Origin: an uncultured Alphaproteobacteria bacterium
GTDB lineage: Bacteria > Pseudomonadota > Alphaproteobacteria > Rhizobiales > TMED25
DNA: 38,769 nt
Assembly (NCBI GenBank): GCA_938074435.1
Contig: CALJEH010000072.1
Coordinates: 1-38,769 of the forward strand
Reading direction: 5' to 3'
The notes beneath the pieces were generated by a model, which searched no databases, was not told where the DNA came from, and worked only from the letters and a program-made list of their open reading frames with translations. The position numbers were made by a program, and so were the translations under genes. This document shows positions 1 to 11,619 of this stretch, one piece after another. Each line of letters begins with the position of its first letter. Within the stretch, counting starts at the first letter, position 1.

Positions 1-261
1 ACAACTATAACAATATATCAAGACAAATCGTTTACTTTTAAAACAAAGACTCCACCAGCTTCATATTTACTGAAAAAAGCAGCAAATTTGCCGAAAGGTG
101 GTTCTGCTCCTGGGCGTGATATAGCTGGGACCGTAACTAAACAGCAGATAAATGAAATTGCTGAGCAAAAAATGAATGATTTAAATGCAAACTCTCTTGA
201 GCAAGCTGCAAAGATCATTGAGGGTTCCGCAAGGTCTATGGGTTTAAAAGTAGCGGAATAG
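1..261 (+). CDS. rplK: 50S ribosomal protein L11, C-terminal portion (5' end lies left of the window)
   Basis: Frame 1 is open from base 1 to TAG 259-261. Hand translation ...[74 protein letters not shown] matches the conserved L11 C-terminal domain. Lies 8 nt upstream of rplA as in rplKAJL clusters. Not in the ORF track because no start codon is inside the window. Confidence 0.9.
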   Translation, partial: TTITIYQDKSFTFKTKTPPASYLLKKAANLPKGGSAPGRDIAGTVTKQQINEIAEQKMNDLNANSLEQAAKIIEGSARSMGLKVAE

Positions 262-269
262 AGGAAAAA

Positions 270-965
270 ATGAGTAAATCTGGAAAAAGATATAATGAAA
301 TTGAACTTACTAGAGATGGTCAATCGACATATGATGTTGATCAAGCTATTAAACTGGTAAAAACCAATGCAAATTCTAAATTTAATGAAACAATTGAGAT
401 TTCATTAAATTTAGGTGTAGACCCAAAACAAGCTGATCAAATGGTACGCGGTGTTGTTAATTTGCCTGCTGGTACTGGAAAAGATGTAAAGGTAGCTGTA
501 TTTGCCAGGGATGCAAAGGCACAAGAAGCAAAAGATGCAGGTGCAGATATTGTTGGTAGCGAAGATCTTGCTGAGAATGTTAGATCTGGTAAAATCGAAT
601 TTGATCGTGTTATATCAACGCCTGATATGATGGCTCTTGTTGGACAGTTAGGTAAAATACTGGGACCACGCGGTCTAATGCCAAACCCAAAGTTGGGTAC
701 AGTAACTGATAATGTTGCAGATGCAGTTAAATCCATAAAAGGAGGATCTGTCGAGTATAGAGTAGAAAAAGCTGGTATTATTCATGCTGGAATTGGAAAA
801 GCTGATTTTACAGAAGAGGCAATCAAGAGTAATGTTAAAGCAATAGTTGAGGCTATACAAAACGCTAAACCAACTGGTGCAAAAGGAACATATATAAAAA
901 ATATATCTTTAACATCAACAATGGGTGTTGGAGTGAAAATTGATCCAAACTCGATTATAAATTAA
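270..965 (+). CDS. rplA: 50S ribosomal protein L1
   Basis: 231-aa ORF. Contains [33 protein letters not shown] and [15 protein letters not shown], typical L1 segments. Position between rplK and rplJ. Confidence 0.95.
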   Translation: MSKSGKRYNEIELTRDGQSTYDVDQAIKLVKTNANSKFNETIEISLNLGVDPKQADQMVRGVVNLPAGTGKDVKVAVFARDAKAQEAKDAGADIVGSEDLAENVRSGKIEFDRVISTPDMMALVGQLGKILGPRGLMPNPKLGTVTDNVADAVKSIKGGSVEYRVEKAGIIHAGIGKADFTEEAIKSNVKAIVEAIQNAKPTGAKGTYIKNISLTSTMGVGVKIDPNSIIN

Positions 966-1180
966 TTTATAAAAAAATATAGAATTTGATCTTTACATTT
1001 AATAATAAAAGGCATACATATACTTTATTATGCTTGACCTGTCCAAGATTATAGGTGCTTTTGCTTAATTTCCTATATGAGACATCGATATTAATTCCTA
1101 ATATCGGCACAGTTAGTATTTATTACTAAGGGCAGGTTCATTTGATTTTTATCAAATGTGAACTTGAAGAGGAGACAACT
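966..1180 (+). promoter_or_regulatory. rplJ (L10) 5' leader, candidate autoregulatory structured RNA; the rplJL-rpoBC promoter is probably also in this gap
   Basis: 215-nt non-coding gap, the longest in the + strand cluster. Hand-found complementarity: closing stem 1035-1044 / 1130-1140 (10 bp, one bulged T) encloses three hairpins, 1050-1055/1072-1077 (tatagg/cctata), 1086-1093/1099-1106 (cgatatta/taatatcg) and 1113-1118/1124-1129 (ttagta/tactaa). A further hairpin 1139-1146/1151-1158 (catttgat/atcaaatg) sits just 5' of SD GAGGAG 1169-1174. L10-(L12)n-binding leaders upstream of rplJ are established in many bacteria. Confidence 0.5.
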
Positions 1181-1699
1181 GTGGATAGACAAAACAAAAC
1201 AATTTTTGTAAATGAACTAAAAGAAGTTTTTAATAATTCTTCAGTTGTAGTTGTCGCTCAAAATTCAGGACTAACAGTATCAGAAATGAATAAATTGAGA
1301 AGTGCCATGCGTGAAGCTGGTGGACATGTAAAAGTCATAAAAAATAAACTTACTAAAATTGCACTTGAAGGAACACCGCTGTCTGCAATTGAGGGATATC
1401 TTAATGGACCATCAATGATAGCTTATTCCGATGATCCAATTACGGCTCCAAAAATTACAGTGGATTTTGCAAAAACAAATGAAAAGTTTATAGTTTTAGG
1501 CGGATCTCTTCCGGAAAAGAAAATTGATCTTGGAGAAGTTAGACATCTAGCAAGTTTGCCATCATTAGACGAGCTCAGGGCAAAGATGCTTGGTTTGCTC
1601 AATGCACCAGCGTCAAATATTGCAAGTTTAATAAATACACCAGGAACAAATATAGCTCAAGTTGTGAAGGCTTATTCTGATAAAGCCGAAGCAGCGTAA
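1181..1699 (+). CDS. rplJ: 50S ribosomal protein L10
   Basis: The ORF track starts at TTG 1142. I place the start at in-frame GTG 1181, 6 nt after GAGGAG, giving (M)DRQNKTIFVNELKEVFNNSSVVVVAQNSGLTVSEMNKLRSAMREAGGHVKVIKNKL, the usual L10 N-terminus and length (172 aa). Confidence 0.9.
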   Translation: MDRQNKTIFVNELKEVFNNSSVVVVAQNSGLTVSEMNKLRSAMREAGGHVKVIKNKLTKIALEGTPLSAIEGYLNGPSMIAYSDDPITAPKITVDFAKTNEKFIVLGGSLPEKKIDLGEVRHLASLPSLDELRAKMLGLLNAPASNIASLINTPGTNIAQVVKAYSDKAEAA

Positions 1700-1729
1700 T
1701 ACTAACTTTTATAAATAATCGAGGAAAAA

Positions 1730-2116
1730 ATGGCAGATTTAGAAAAAATTGCAGAGAGTTTATCAAGTTTAACAATACTTGAAGCTTCAGAATTAACAAA
1801 AATTTTAGAAGAAAAATGGGGAGTAACGGCTGCTGCGCAAGTCGCTGTTGCTGCTGCGCCAGCTGGTGGTGATGCAGGTGGATCTGCTGCGTCAGCTGAA
1901 GAAAAAACTGAATTTGATGTAATCTTGTCAAGCATGGGAGATCAAAAAATTAATGTGATTAAGGAAGTGCGTGCTATTACTGGCCTTGGGTTAAAAGAAG
2001 CTAAAGATCTAGTTGAAGCTGCACCAAAACCAGTCAAAGAGGGTGTGTCAAAAGATGAAGCTGATAAAATTAAAGCTCAATTGGAAGGAGCCGGTGCAAC
2101 CGTTGAAGTTAAATAA
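1730..2116 (+). CDS. rplL: 50S ribosomal protein L7/L12
   Basis: 128-aa ORF with an N-terminal dimerisation helix, an Ala/Gly hinge ([19 protein letters not shown]) and the conserved C-terminal domain [19 protein letters not shown]...GATVEVK. Confidence 0.97.
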   Translation: MADLEKIAESLSSLTILEASELTKILEEKWGVTAAAQVAVAAAPAGGDAGGSAASAEEKTEFDVILSSMGDQKINVIKEVRAITGLGLKEAKDLVEAAPKPVKEGVSKDEADKIKAQLEGAGATVEVK

Positions 2117-2179
2117 CTGATTATAGCACTTTAGCTATCATATTATCATAAATATTTAACTTTTATACGGGGACACAAT

Positions 2180-5100
2180 ATGTCTGAAACTTTCATTGGA
2201 CGAAAAAGAATTAGAAAATCATTTGGTAAAATCCGCGAAGTCGCGCAGATGCCAAACTTAATAGAAGTACAGAAATCATCTTATGATTACTTCCTTCAAA
2301 CTCAAGAGCCCGAGGGTGGTCGAGACACTAGTGGACTTCAGGCGGTATTTACATCCATTTTTCCAATAACAGACTTCAATGAAACTTCAAGATTAGAGTT
2401 TATTAAATACGACTTTGATTTACCTAAATATGATGTTGAAGAATGTGTTCAACGTGGGCTAACATATGCCGCTCCACTAAGAGCGATACTCAGATTGATT
2501 GTTTTTGACATTGATGAGAATACCGGAAATAAATCAATAAAAGATATCAAAGAACAAGAAGTGTACATGGGTGATATTCCATTGATGACAAATAATGGAA
2601 CATTTATCTTCAATGGTACAGAGCGTGTTGTCGTCAGCCAGATGCATAGAAGTCCCGGTGTATTCTTTGATCATGATAAAGGAAAGTCACACTCAAGCGG
2701 TAAGATATTATATGCAGCAAGAATTATACCATATCGAGGTTCATGGCTTGATTTTGAATTTGACGCAAAGGATCTTGTCTACGCTCGTATAGATAGAAAA
2801 AGAAAAATACCGGTTTCAACAATATTGTATGCCCTAGGATATGATGCTGAAGAAATTTTATCAAATTTTTATAATATACATACAATTGAAAAAAATAAGT
2901 CTGGTTGGGTTGTAGAATTTAAAGAAGCTCAATTTAAAGGGGTTAAAATTAACACGGATTTAGTAAACGCAGATACTGGTGAAGTAGCTGTTGAGTCCGG
3001 TACAAAGATTACTCCACGCTTAATCAATAAATTAAACGATAGTGGATTAAAAAGGGTTTTATTCTCAGTAGATGATGTAATCGGACAGTTCATTGCCGAA
3101 GATATTGTTAATTTAAAAACTGGTTTGATATATGCTGAAGCAGGAGATGAAATTTCATCTGAATTGATTGAACTACTTGATAAAAATAAGATAACAAAAA
3201 TTCCTGTTTTAGAGATCGATCATATTAATACAGGGGCGTTCATTAGAGATACACTGAAAGTTGATAAGAATGAAAATAAGCAAGAAGCCCTATTAGACAT
3301 ATACAGGTTAATGAGACCAGGTGAACCTCCAACCGATGAAACTGCTGAAAGCCTATTTGAGGGTTTATTCTTTGACCCCGATAGATATGACTTATCAGCT
3401 GTTGGTAGGGTTAAGATGAATATGAGACTTGATTTAGATGCGCCTGATAATCTATGTGTTTTGAGAAAAGAAGATGTTATGGCCGTCGTCAAGCATCTTG
3501 TTGAATTAAGAGATGGAAAAGGCGATGTAGATGATATAGATCACCTTGGTAACAGGAGAGTAAGATCAGTTGGTGAACTTGTTGAAAACCAATATAGGAT
3601 TGGCTTGCTAAGAATGGAACGTTCAATAAAAGAAAAATTGAGTTCCGTTGATATAGATACAGTAATGCCAAATGATCTTATAAATGCAAAGCCGATTACT
3701 GCATCACTTAGAGAATTTTTTGGTTCATCGCAATTATCACAATTTATGGACCAAACAAATCCGTTATCACTAATTACTCACATAAGGCGTGTATCTGCAT
3801 TAGGTCCCGGTGGACTGACCAGAGAACGTGCTGGATTTGAAGTTAGAGATGTGCATCCAACGCATTATGGTAGGATTTGTCCTATAGAAACACCTGAGGG
3901 CCCAAACATTGGGCTTATCAACTCATTAGCTACATTTGCTAAAGTTAATAAGTACGGTTTTATTGAGAGTCCATACAGGAAAGTTGTCAATAATACTGTT
4001 ACGGATGAAGTTGTTTATTTATCAGCAATTGAAGAATCCAAATATAATATCGCTCAGGCAAATGCTCCACTTGATAATAAGTCAAAATTTGTTGAAGAAC
4101 TTATCAATTGCCGTGTTGCCGGAGATGTCCAATTGATATCAGCAGAAAAAGTAGATTTTATGGATGTTTCGCCAAAGCAATTGGTTTCAGCTGCTGCTGC
4201 ATTAATTCCTTTTCTAGAGAATGATGATGCTAATAGAGCACTTATGGGATCAAACATGCAAAGACAAGCTGTTCCACTGATGAAAACTGAAGCCCCATTT
4301 GTGGGTACTGGTATGGAAGCAGTTGTTGCAAGAGACTCAGGAGCGGCTGTTATTGCTCGCAGAATAGGGGTAGTTGATCAGGTAGACTCAAATAGAATAG
4401 TTATCAGAGCAACAGATGAAAAAGATGCATCAAAGTCTGCCATTGATATTTATAATTTAGCAAAGTTCCAGAGGTCAAATCAAAATACTTGCATTAACCA
4501 AAGACCGCTTGTTAAAGTTGGGGAATATGTTGATCAAGGCGACATAATAGCAGATGGACCATCTACAGATCTTGGAGATTTAGCACTTGGTAAAAATGTA
4601 CTCGTCGCATATATGCCTTGGAACGGTTACAATTATGAGGACTCCATTCTTATTTCTGAAAGAGTTGTTAGAGAAGATACTTTTACTTCAATTCATCTTG
4701 AAGAATTTGAAGTCATGGCAAGGGACACTAAACTAGGTCCTGAAGATATAACAAGAGATATCCCTAATGTCGGTGAAGAAGCTCTAAAGAATCTTGATGA
4801 AGCTGGAATAGTATATATTGGAGCTGAAGTTAAATCAGGTGATATTTTAGTTGGTAAAATAACCCCAAAGGGTGAAAGTCCGATGACACCAGAAGAAAAG
4901 CTCCTACGTGCAATTTTTGGTGAAAAAGCTACGGATGTAAGAGATTCGTCTTTAAGACTCCCTCCAGGTGTTAATGGAACCGTTGTTGAAGTTCGTGTGT
5001 TTAATAGGCATGGAATAGAAAAAGATGAGAGGGCTCTTGCTATTGAAAGAGATGAGATTGTAAGATTATCCAAAGATAGAGATGATGAGTTTAATATCTT

Positions 5101-6313
5101 AGATCGTAATGTCATGGCTAAGCTTCATGGTACGCTTATTGGTTGCGAAATCTCAAAAGCATCAGGTGGGCTTAAAAAAGGAACCAAGATAAATAAAGTT
5201 GATCTTGATAGTATAGATAGAAAAGATTGGTGGAATTTTGTTTTAACAAATGACAAGGCAATGTCTGAAATAGATGCAATGAAAACCCAATATGATCAAT
5301 CAAGAGAAGCTATTGAAAACAGGTTCATTGACAAGGTTGAAAAGCTTCAGCGTGGTGATGATATGTTGCCTGGCGTAATGAAGATGATAAAAGTCTTTGT
5401 CGCTGTAAAAAGAAAGTTACAGCCTGGTGATAAAATGGCTGGTAGGCATGGTAATAAAGGGGTAGTTTCTAGAATTATGCCTCAAGAAGATATGCCGTAT
5501 CTCGAAGATGGAACTCCTGTAGATGTTGTACTTAACCCTCTTGGTGTTCCAAGTAGAATGAATGTCGGTCAAATTCTTGAGACCCATTTGGGATGGGCTT
5601 GTAGAGGTCTTGGAAAGATAATCGCCGACTCAATAGATCTCATAAAAACAAAGGATCCAGACGCTAAAGCTTTGAGGAAAACACTTAATGATATCTATGG
5701 TAAGAACGAGACCATTGACTCTCTTGGAAAAGAAGATTTAGTGGAGTTGGCACAGAATCTTAAGAAGGGTGTGCCAATAGCCACTCCTGTCTTTGATGGC
5801 GCAAGAGAAAATGATATCAACGAGTTGCTTGAAAAGGCGGGATTAGATAAATCTGGTCAAGTTAAGTTGTATGATGGTAGAACTGGAGAGCCTTTTGATA
5901 GAAAGATAACAGTTGGCTACAAATATATACTTAAGCTTCACCATCTTGTTGATGATAAAATACACGCAAGGTCAATTGGTCCTTACAGCCTTGTAACACA
6001 ACAACCACTTGGTGGTAAGGCACAATTTGGTGGTCAAAGATTTGGAGAAATGGAAGTGTGGGCTCTAGAAGCGTACGGAGCAGCATATACACTTCAAGAA
6101 ATGCTGACAGTTAAATCAGATGATGTGGCTGGAAGAACAAAAGTATACGAAGCTATAGTCCGAGGAGATGATGCTTTTGAAGCTGGGATTCCTGAGTCAT
6201 TCAATGTCCTTGTAAAAGAAATCAGATCACTTGGCCTAAATGTTGAATTAAAATCCTCAGAGGTATTTAATGAAGGCTCTGCAAATACGCTGTCCGATAT
6301 GAGCAGTGAATAA
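2180..6313 (+). CDS. rpoB: DNA-directed RNA polymerase subunit beta
   Basis: 1377-aa ORF. Contains [18 protein letters not shown] (rif region), [21 protein letters not shown] and [20 protein letters not shown]. Confidence 0.99.
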   Translation: MSETFIGRKRIRKSFGKIREVAQMPNLIEVQKSSYDYFLQTQEPEGGRDTSGLQAVFTSIFPITDFNETSRLEFIKYDFDLPKYDVEECVQRGLTYAAPLRAILRLIVFDIDENTGNKSIKDIKEQEVYMGDIPLMTNNGTFIFNGTERVVVSQMHRSPGVFFDHDKGKSHSSGKILYAARIIPYRGSWLDFEFDAKDLVYARIDRKRKIPVSTILYALGYDAEEILSNFYNIHTIEKNKSGWVVEFKEAQFKGVKINTDLVNADTGEVAVESGTKITPRLINKLNDSGLKRVLFSVDDVIGQFIAEDIVNLKTGLIYAEAGDEISSELIELLDKNKITKIPVLEIDHINTGAFIRDTLKVDKNENKQEALLDIYRLMRPGEPPTDETAESLFEGLFFDPDRYDLSAVGRVKMNMRLDLDAPDNLCVLRKEDVMAVVKHLVELRDGKGDVDDIDHLGNRRVRSVGELVENQYRIGLLRMERSIKEKLSSVDIDTVMPNDLINAKPITASLREFFGSSQLSQFMDQTNPLSLITHIRRVSALGPGGLTRERAGFEVRDVHPTHYGRICPIETPEGPNIGLINSLATFAKVNKYGFIESPYRKVVNNTVTDEVVYLSAIEESKYNIAQANAPLDNKSKFVEELINCRVAGDVQLISAEKVDFMDVSPKQLVSAAAALIPFLENDDANRALMGSNMQRQAVPLMKTEAPFVGTGMEAVVARDSGAAVIARRIGVVDQVDSNRIVIRATDEKDASKSAIDIYNLAKFQRSNQNTCINQRPLVKVGEYVDQGDIIADGPSTDLGDLALGKNVLVAYMPWNGYNYEDSILISERVVREDTFTSIHLEEFEVMARDTKLGPEDITRDIPNVGEEALKNLDEAGIVYIGAEVKSGDILVGKITPKGESPMTPEEKLLRAIFGEKATDVRDSSLRLPPGVNGTVVEVRVFNRHGIEKDERALAIERDEIVRLSKDRDDEFNILDRNVMAKLHGTLIGCEISKASGGLKKGTKINKVDLDSIDRKDWWNFVLTNDKAMSEIDAMKTQYDQSREAIENRFIDKVEKLQRGDDMLPGVMKMIKVFVAVKRKLQPGDKMAGRHGNKGVVSRIMPQEDMPYLEDGTPVDVVLNPLGVPSRMNVGQILETHLGWACRGLGKIIADSIDLIKTKDPDAKALRKTLNDIYGKNETIDSLGKEDLVELAQNLKKGVPIATPVFDGARENDINELLEKAGLDKSGQVKLYDGRTGEPFDRKITVGYKYILKLHHLVDDKIHARSIGPYSLVTQQPLGGKAQFGGQRFGEMEVWALEAYGAAYTLQEMLTVKSDDVAGRTKVYEAIVRGDDAFEAGIPESFNVLVKEIRSLGLNVELKSSEVFNEGSANTLSDMSSE

Positions 6314-6325
6314 TAGGGAAATAAT

Positions 6326-9300
6326 ATGAACCAAGATCTCACAAATGTTTTTAATCCAAACTTTTCACAATCACAAATCTTTGATCAAATTAAGATTTCT
6401 ATTGCATCACCTGAAAAGATGCTTTCTTGGTCTTTTGGTGAAATCAAAAAGCCTGAAACAATAAATTATAGAACTTTTAAACCCGAGAGAGATGGGTTGT
6501 TCTGCTCCAGAATTTTTGGTCCTATAAAAGATTACGAATGTCTTTGTGGCAAATATAAACGTATGAAATACAGGGGTGTTATTTGCGAAAAATGTGGCGT
6601 TGAAGTAACTCTTTCTAAAGTAAGGCGTGATCGCATGGGGCATATTGAATTAGCTGCTCCTGTCGCACACATTTGGTTTCTAAAGTCTTTACCATCAAGG
6701 ATTGGATTGCTTCTTGATATGAGGCTTAAGGATCTTGAACGTGTTCTTTATTTTGAAAACTTTATTGTTATTGAACCAGGTTTAACACCTTTAAAAGAAC
6801 TTCAATTGCTTACCGAAGAAGAAGTGTTAAATTATAAAGACGAATATGGTGATGACTCTTTTACTGCTGGGATTGGTGCTGAAGCTATCAGAGATCTATT
6901 AACCAATCTCGATCTGGAAAAACTTGCAGATCAACTCAGGGTTGAGATTGATGAGTCAACATCTGAACTAAAACCAATTAAACTTGCTAAAAGATTAAAA
7001 GTAGTTGAAGCATTTATTAGTTCAGGTAATAAACCAGAGTGGATGATTATGACTATTGTCCCAGTTATACCACCAGAACTAAGACCATTAGTTCCATTGG
7101 ATGGAGGTAGATTTGCTACTTCTGATTTGAACGACTTATATCGAAGAGTAATCAACCGAAATAATCGTCTAAAAAGATTAATTGAACTTAAAGCTCCAGA
7201 AATTATTATAAGAAACGAAAAAAGGATGCTTCAAGAATCAGTGGATGCACTATTCGATAATGGAAGACGTGGGCGTATTATTACTGGTGCGAATAAACGA
7301 CCGCTAAAATCGTTAGCTGATATGCTTAAAGGTAAGCAAGGAAGATTTAGACAAAATTTACTTGGGAAAAGGGTGGATTATTCAGGAAGGTCTGTAATTG
7401 TTACTGGACCGACATTAAAATTACATCAATGTGGCTTGCCAAAAAGAATGGCTCTTGAACTTTTCAAGCCCTTTATTTATTCTCGCTTAGAAGCAAAAGG
7501 TCTCTCTACTACTGTAAAACAGGCAAAAAGACTTGTAGAAAAAGAAAGACCTGAGGTATGGGATATTCTTGATGAAGTAATTCGTGAACATCCAGTATTA
7601 CTGAACAGAGCTCCAACATTACACAGATTAGGTATTCAAGCATTTGAACCAACATTGGTTGAAGGAAAGGCAATTCAACTTCATCCTTTAGTATGTTCTG
7701 CATTTAATGCTGATTTTGATGGTGATCAAATGGCTGTTCACGTGCCTTTATCACTTGAGGCACAATTAGAAGCCAGAGTTCTGATGATGTCTACTAATAA
7801 TATTTTACATCCCGCAGATGGATCACCTATCATTGTTCCAAGTCAGGACATGGTGCTCGGGTTATACTATCTATCACTTGTCAAAGAAAATGAGCCAGGC
7901 GAAGGTATGGCATTTGGTAACATGAATGAAATTCATTACGCATTGCAAACAGGTGTTATTTCATTGCACTCAAAAGTTAGAGGAAGGTTTGTTACTAAAG
8001 ATGCTGAAGGCAATCTTATAAAAGAAACTCATGAGACAACACCAGGTAGACTGCTGATTGGTGAATTATTGCCAAAATATCACACAATTAAGTTTGCATT
8101 ATGTAATAAGATTATGACTAAAAAAGATATCTCGAGAATGATTGATGAAGTCTATCGTCACTCTGGTCAAAAAGAAACGGTCATTTTCTGTGATAAAATT
8201 ATGGCTTTAGGGTTCCATCACGGCTGCCGTGCTGGAATTTCCTTTGGTAAGGATGACATGGTAATTCCAGAAACAAAGTCAAAGTTAATTGATGAAACAA
8301 ATAATCTCGTTAAAGAGTACGAAAGTCAATATAACGATGGTTTAATTACTCAAGGAGAGAAATATAATAAAGTAGTTGATGCATGGGCAAAATGTACCGA
8401 TAAAGTTGCAGATGAAATGATGGCAAAGATTCAGGTCATTGAAATGGATGATGTAACTAAGAAGCAAAAAGATCAAAATTCGGTTTATATGATGGCACAT
8501 TCAGGTGCGCGTGGTTCTCCTGCACAAATGAAACAGTTAGCTGGAATGAGGGGGCTTATGGCGAAGCCATCTGGTGAAATAATTGAGACACCAATTACAT
8601 CAAACTTCAAAGAGGGTTTATCTGTTCTTGAATACTTTAATTCAACACATGGAGCAAGAAAAGGATTGGCTGATACTGCTCTTAAAACAGCTAACTCAGG
8701 GTATTTAACAAGAAGATTGGTTGATGTTGCTCAAGATTGTATAATTCTTGAAAAGGACTGTGGTACAACTAATGGGATTACTCTTAGGAGTGTTATGGAT
8801 GGTGGTGATACAATCGTCCCAATTGGTGATAGGTTATTGGGCAGATATCTAACAGATGATATTCTTGATCCAGCAACAAATGATGTTTTGTTTGATAAAG
8901 ATCAAATGATCAACGAACCCCTTGCAAGAGAAATTGATGAACGTGGTCTTGATGCTGTAAAGGTGAGGTCTGTACTAACTTGTGATGCAAAAGTCGGAGC
9001 TTGTGCAAGATGCTACGGTCGTGACTTAGCGCGTGGAACTCCTGTGAACGTAGGTGAAGCTGTTGGTGTCCTTGCTGCACAGTCAATTGGTGAGCCTGGT
9101 ACTCAGTTAACCATGAGAACTTTTCATATCGGAGGTACAGCTCAAGTTGTAGACCAATCGTTTATTGAAAGCTCGCATGAAGGGGTTGTTTCAATACAAA
9201 ATCCAATACTAGCAAATGACTCCAATAATAAATTAGTTGTAACTGGTAGAAGCCTAGTTGTTGCTATTCTTGATGAGAACAATATAGAGAGATCTCAAAA

Positions 9301-10564
9301 TAAAGTTCCATATGGAGCACAGTTATTTGTAAAAGATGGTGAAAAGATTGAGAGAGGGCAACGAATTGCTTCTTGGGACCCATACACAAGACCAATACTT
9401 GCAGATGTTCCAGGAAAAGTGGATTTTGAAGATCTTGTGGATGGTCTCTCAATAGATGAAAGGCTTGATGAATCTACAGGAATATCACAAAGGGTTGTTA
9501 TTGATTGGAGAAGTTCATCACGTGGCAATAATCTGCAACCATCTGTTGTTTTAAGTTCAACCTCAAAAAGCAAATCTAAAACTGATGCTCGTAAATTTGT
9601 TTTGCCAGTGAATGCTATTCTATCTGTTGAAAAGGATGCCGAAGTATCGGCAGGAGATGTTCTGGCAAGGGTTCCAACTGAAAGTGCAAAAACAAAAGAC
9701 ATAACAGGCGGATTACCAAGAGTTGCAGAATTGTTTGAAGCAAGAAGACCGAAAGATCATGCAATTATTGCAGAGATAAGCGGAATTGTTGAATTTGGGA
9801 ATGATTTTAAAAATAAAAGAAAAATCAGAATTATACCAAATGATGATAGTGAGCAATTGTGCGAATACATGGTACCTAAAAATATCCATCTAGAAGTTCA
9901 GGATGGGGATAAAATCGAAAAAGGTGACTTTATAATGGATGGAAATCCTGCTCCGCATGATATTCTTGCAATCAAAGGTGTTGAAGAACTTGCTTCATAT
10001 TTAGTTGCAGAAATTCAAGATGTTTACAGATTACAAGGTGTAACAATAAATGATAAACACATTGAAGTAATTGTTAGTCAGATGTTAAAGAAAGTGGAAA
10101 TTACTGATCCTGGTGATTCCAATTTACTTTATGGAGAGCAGATAGATAAAATTGATCTATTAGAATTGAATGAAGAGCTGAAAGCAGCTGGTAAAAAATT
10201 AATATCCGGTAATCCTATCTTACTCGGAATAACCAAAGCTGCTCTTCAAACCAGAAGCTTTATTTCGGCTGCATCATTCCAAGAAACAACGAGAGTCTTA
10301 ACTGAGGCATCCATGAATGGTAAGACTGACTTATTACAAGGACTAAAAGAAAATGTTATTGTAGGCAGACTAATTCCTGCTGGAACTGGAAGTGCAATAA
10401 GTAAACTGAGACAGGTGTCAGTACACAGAGATAATTTGATTATTCAAGAAAAGAAGAATGCAGAACAACTCTTATCACAAACATCCGATGAAGCATTAGT
10501 TTCAGATCTTATAAACGTAGCTGATGCTGAAGAAGGAACAGAGAATTTATCGGTTGAAGAATAG
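6326..10564 (+). CDS. rpoC: DNA-directed RNA polymerase subunit beta'
   Basis: 1412-aa ORF. Zn-binding [23 protein letters not shown], catalytic [12 protein letters not shown] and trigger-loop region present. Starts 12 nt after rpoB. Confidence 0.99.
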   Translation: MNQDLTNVFNPNFSQSQIFDQIKISIASPEKMLSWSFGEIKKPETINYRTFKPERDGLFCSRIFGPIKDYECLCGKYKRMKYRGVICEKCGVEVTLSKVRRDRMGHIELAAPVAHIWFLKSLPSRIGLLLDMRLKDLERVLYFENFIVIEPGLTPLKELQLLTEEEVLNYKDEYGDDSFTAGIGAEAIRDLLTNLDLEKLADQLRVEIDESTSELKPIKLAKRLKVVEAFISSGNKPEWMIMTIVPVIPPELRPLVPLDGGRFATSDLNDLYRRVINRNNRLKRLIELKAPEIIIRNEKRMLQESVDALFDNGRRGRIITGANKRPLKSLADMLKGKQGRFRQNLLGKRVDYSGRSVIVTGPTLKLHQCGLPKRMALELFKPFIYSRLEAKGLSTTVKQAKRLVEKERPEVWDILDEVIREHPVLLNRAPTLHRLGIQAFEPTLVEGKAIQLHPLVCSAFNADFDGDQMAVHVPLSLEAQLEARVLMMSTNNILHPADGSPIIVPSQDMVLGLYYLSLVKENEPGEGMAFGNMNEIHYALQTGVISLHSKVRGRFVTKDAEGNLIKETHETTPGRLLIGELLPKYHTIKFALCNKIMTKKDISRMIDEVYRHSGQKETVIFCDKIMALGFHHGCRAGISFGKDDMVIPETKSKLIDETNNLVKEYESQYNDGLITQGEKYNKVVDAWAKCTDKVADEMMAKIQVIEMDDVTKKQKDQNSVYMMAHSGARGSPAQMKQLAGMRGLMAKPSGEIIETPITSNFKEGLSVLEYFNSTHGARKGLADTALKTANSGYLTRRLVDVAQDCIILEKDCGTTNGITLRSVMDGGDTIVPIGDRLLGRYLTDDILDPATNDVLFDKDQMINEPLAREIDERGLDAVKVRSVLTCDAKVGACARCYGRDLARGTPVNVGEAVGVLAAQSIGEPGTQLTMRTFHIGGTAQVVDQSFIESSHEGVVSIQNPILANDSNNKLVVTGRSLVVAILDENNIERSQNKVPYGAQLFVKDGEKIERGQRIASWDPYTRPILADVPGKVDFEDLVDGLSIDERLDESTGISQRVVIDWRSSSRGNNLQPSVVLSSTSKSKSKTDARKFVLPVNAILSVEKDAEVSAGDVLARVPTESAKTKDITGGLPRVAELFEARRPKDHAIIAEISGIVEFGNDFKNKRKIRIIPNDDSEQLCEYMVPKNIHLEVQDGDKIEKGDFIMDGNPAPHDILAIKGVEELASYLVAEIQDVYRLQGVTINDKHIEVIVSQMLKKVEITDPGDSNLLYGEQIDKIDLLELNEELKAAGKKLISGNPILLGITKAALQTRSFISAASFQETTRVLTEASMNGKTDLLQGLKENVIVGRLIPAGTGSAISKLRQVSVHRDNLIIQEKKNAEQLLSQTSDEALVSDLINVADAEEGTENLSVEE

Positions 10565-10630
10565 TTTTCACTCTTTTTCAAAAATTATCATCACTGAGTG
10601 ATTTTAGCTGCAATTCTATGATAATAATGC

Positions 10631-10659
10631 TTGACCTTTTGTTTTTGAAGAAGTATTGT
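10631..10659 (+). promoter_or_regulatory. candidate sigma-70-type promoter for the rpsL (str/S10/spc) transcription unit
   Basis: TTGACC (10631-10636), 17-nt spacer, TATTGT (10654-10659), with an AT-rich stretch upstream. Lies in the 185-nt rpoC-rpsL gap, about 90 nt upstream of the rpsL ATG. Confidence 0.45.
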
Positions 10660-10749
10660 CCGAACATCTGTTTCAATAGGCCGTATGTTACAACTTAAAC
10701 GCTATTGAGAAACTATAAAAAACACAAAATTGAAAGGAAATTGGTTAAT

Positions 10750-11121
10750 ATGCCAACTATTAATCAACTACTAAGAAAACCTCGCAAACCCCAGGTAAAA
10801 AGGAATAAAGTGCCAGCTATGGAGGCTTGCCCACAAAAACGTGGTGTATGTACTCGTGTATATACTACTACACCTAAGAAACCAAATTCAGCATTAAGAA
10901 AAGTAGCAAGGGTTAGATTATCAAATGGTTTTGAAGTAACAAGCTACATACCAGGTGAGGGTCATAATTTACAAGAACATTCAGTTGTACTCATTAGAGG
11001 TGGTAGGGTAAAAGATTTACCGGGTGTCAGATATCACATTGTTAGAGGGGTATTAGATACTCAAGGCGTAAAAGATCGAAAACAAAGACGCTCTAAATAC
11101 GGCGCTAAGAAACCTAAATAG
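10750..11121 (+). CDS. rpsL: 30S ribosomal protein S12
   Basis: The ORF track begins at 10705. The in-frame ATG at 10750 gives the canonical [13 protein letters not shown] start (123 aa) with AAGGAA upstream. Contains [55 protein letters not shown]. Confidence 0.97.
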   Translation: MPTINQLLRKPRKPQVKRNKVPAMEACPQKRGVCTRVYTTTPKKPNSALRKVARVRLSNGFEVTSYIPGEGHNLQEHSVVLIRGGRVKDLPGVRYHIVRGVLDTQGVKDRKQRRSKYGAKKPK

Positions 11122-11131
11122 GGAATTTTAA

Positions 11132-11602
<471 letters not shown>

Positions 11603-11619
11603 TTTAAGAAGAGTAAATA

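Noticed and set aside
1030-1068. Small uORFs starting at the shared ATGCTTGACCT motif: 12 codons at 1030-1068 and 23 codons at 10627-10698, both beginning M-L-D-L
   Set aside because: The peptides share only the residues encoded by the 11-mer itself. Neither has an SD. The second would lie partly upstream of the predicted TSS. The motif is better explained as a promoter or RNA-structure element.
2117-2179. Possible rplL-rpoB attenuator, as in E. coli
   Set aside because: I could find only a 5-bp AT-rich hairpin (atagc...gctat) with no following T-run. That is not enough to call an attenuator.
10590-10605. Hairpin atcac-tga-gtgat followed by TTT just after rpoC, as an intrinsic terminator
   Set aside because: The stem is only 5 bp and AT-rich. 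It could be a weak terminator for the rplJL-rpoBC unit, but I cannot support it from sequence alone.
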